64,000 nucleotides of DNA, taken from positions 73,348,001 through 73,412,000 of the forward strand of contig CM059432.1 of NCBI GenBank assembly GCA_030390025.1. The letters are read 5' to 3'. Within the stretch, counting starts at the first letter, position 1, and the number at the start of each line of letters is the position of its first letter. Made by a program: the position numbers and the translations under genes. Below the pieces are notes generated by a model that was given only the letters and a program-made list of their open reading frames with translations, did not search any database and was not told where the DNA came from. Below, one piece after another: positions 61,691 through 64,000 of this stretch. This DNA comes from Squalus acanthias. Taxonomy: Eukaryota.

Positions 61691-64000
61691 ACTCTGTGAT
61701 GCAACGAAGAATCTGAAAAAAAATCTATTGCTGAAAAGTGATGTGAGAGGAGTGGTGGAGCCTGAGCAACTACTGCCAAGTGATTAATTTATTCTATAAC
61801 TCAGTAAAGTGTATAATTTATTATATAATTAAGTTTAGTGTTTTATTAATTAATTAAATGTGGGGGGATAAAATTAAAATTAACTAAATAGAGGATAATA
61901 AATTTAAAGGGATCTGAATTTAAAAAAGGAGCCCCTAATTTTAATTTAATTTTAATTAAATCATTAAATAAATAAAACAGGGTGCAGGTGGTGTGCCTCA
62001 ACTGCAGCATGTGGTCGTTTGTGGTGAGCATCGCGATCCCGGATGACCTCATCTGCAGTAAATGTCTGCAACTCGAGGAACCTCAGCTCAGAGTTGTTAG
62101 GCTGGAGTCTGAGGTTGAGACATTGCGGGGCATCAGGGAGAGGGAGAGTTACCTGGACACTTTGATCCAGGAGGCAGTCACACCCTTTAGATTAGGTAGT
62201 GGTACAGGTTTGGCTAATGGTCAGGGACAGGAGGGTGTGACTGCAACTCAGGCAGGTAAGGGGACCCCAGGTGGAGCAGCCTCAGCCTTTGCCCTTGTCC
62301 AACAGGTACGAGGTTCTTGCTGCTTGTTTCTGGAAAAGTGATGTCAGAGGAGTGGTGGAGCCCGAGCAACTACTGCCAAGTGATTAATTTATTTTATAAC
62401 TAAGTAAAGTGTATAATTTATTATATAATTAAGTTTAGTGTTTTATTAATGCGATGTCAGTGGAGTGGTGGAGCCCAAGGGCAATGTCTGCATGGTAGAT
62501 GAGCAAATAGACTACAGCACCGTGGTACAGGAGGCCATTCAAGTTGAGGGGGTGAAAAGGAATGTTGTAGTGGTCGGGGACAGTATAGTCAAGGGAATAG
62601 ATACTATTCTCTACAGCCGCGAGCGGGAGTTCCAAAAGTTGTGTTGCCTGCCCTGCTCTCCTCGCGGCTGGAGAAGAACTTGGAGTGGGAGGGAGATGAT
62701 CCAGTTTTTGTGGTCCTCGTAGGAACCAATGACATAGGTAGAACTAGGAATGAGGTTCTGCTGAGGGAGTTTGAGGAGCTAGTGTCAAAATTAATACGCA
62801 GAACCTCACAGGTAATAATCTCTGGAATGTTACCTGAGCCACACGCAAATTGGCATAGGGACAAAAGGAGAAAAATTCGGTTGGTTAGTGCCTCCCGTTA
62901 GCACCTCTGGTGCCGCTCGTGAAATTGACCAGATGTTTTGCAGTGGCGCTAAACACTACCAGCTCAATCTCCTGCGCCCGGAGATCATGACATCAGTTGA
63001 GTGTGCAATGCCCCGGTAGTGCCCCGGACCGGATATTGAGATGCGCCCCCTGCCTTAGCACCTGCTAGTAGGAACGACAGGTAGAGGGGAATGTTTTCAA
63101 GTCAGGAAGGGGCTGGGGGAGCGCTATTTAAAGGCGGACGCTTCCTGCCTTTACTTGTTGGCAAAATTTTTGGTACACACAGGTTGAGAGGGAGAGAGAC
63201 GTCTGGAGAGATTTAACGCTGTCCTAAGGAGTTTTGGCTCTTAGCATTGAGGTTCCTAAGCGCCGAGCTCTCTCCCTGGGCCTATCCATTAGTGCTTCCA
63301 ACACAATTGCTTTAGAGGTCTCTCCAGGCCGAGATTCAAGGCTGCAGGTAGCAGGGTGTGGCTGGCCAGCAAGATGGCCCCTCCCCTTTAAGAACTGGAC
63401 AGTGCCAGTCTGTCTGGCTTCCATGGTAACTGACGTCGCCTGAGCTTCGGTAGCATTCTGAGGTAGCGCCTCGCTCCTTGACGTTTGCGCCTTAAGAGAG
63501 GGGTGTAGCGCCTGATTTACCGCTCAAATCACCTCCAGGGGCGATAGAGGCGAATTTTGCAGTTGGAGGCGATAATTAGCACCGGGCGCTAAACTTTGTG
63601 CCTGGCCGATATTAGAGCCCCAAAATGGGTGATACCCAATTTTTCCCCCAAACAAATTAGAAGGTTAAATGCATGGCTAAAAGAGTGGAGTGGGAGGCAG
63701 GGGTTTCGATTCATGGGGCATTGACACCAGTACTGGGAAAAGAGGGAGCTGTTCTGTTGAGTCAGGCTCCACTTAAACCTGGCTGGGACCAGTGTCCTGG
63801 CAAATCAAATAACAAAGGCGGTAGATAAAGCTGTAAACTAAGGAAGGGGTGTGGGAGGATTCAGGAAAGGTTAAATTCAAAAGCAGTAAGAGAAATGTCA
63901 AGGCTGTAGAGCAGAGTAAAGATTTGGGTAAAAATAAGCAGAGTTGGTCAGAAGGGACAGAGAGCATAACTCAGGTAATAGGGCATGAGACACTAAGGTG
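61691..64000 (+). mobile_element. 5' portion of a CR1 LINE (5' UTR + degraded ORF1), running off the window
   Basis: VCLNCSMW...CSKCLQLEE; VVVVGDSIVKG; LVGTNDIG. Homologous to ORF1 at 41470-42424. Confidence 0.85.
62866..63649. mobile_element. Harbinger deletion derivative (MITE), 784 bp, related to copies C/F
   Basis: TIRs AGGAGAAAAATT / AATTTTTCCCCC. Exact TSD AAA. The right end aligns (reverse) to 51262-51450. Retains the Myb start MDRPRERARR (-) and GCGCTATTTAAA. Confidence 0.9.

Noticed and set aside
60787..61779. 330-aa minus-strand ORF
   Set aside because: Same minisatellite artefact.

Overview
Non-genic, transposon-dense vertebrate DNA, most consistent with a cartilaginous fish. That assignment is inferred from the CR1/HER1-type LINE tails, the Deu-domain SINE and the L2 tails. 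No host exon could be supported. The window is dominated by PIF/Harbinger DNA transposons: at least six large copies plus several ~0.7-0.8 kb non-autonomous derivatives (MITEs). It also holds CR1-clade LINEs (one full length, with 95-bp 5' monomers), L2 3' ends, a Deu-SINE, a 4.3-kb hAT element with 15-bp TIRs and an 8-bp TSD, a 1.4-kb solo LTR with a 4-bp TSD, and a ~2-kb 13-bp G-rich minisatellite split by a LINE. The highlight is 51262-55496, a Harbinger with both components apparently intact: an uninterrupted 386-aa DDE transposase on the minus strand and a convergent three-exon 488-aa Myb/SANT-like partner on the plus strand, reconstructed here from splice sites. Several copies and MITEs share a 17-bp subterminal palindrome at a fixed distance from the TIR, a CRE+TATA-like promoter module, and a non-canonical target-site rule (AC immediately 5' of a variable 3-bp TSD). 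Insertions are nested up to four levels deep.
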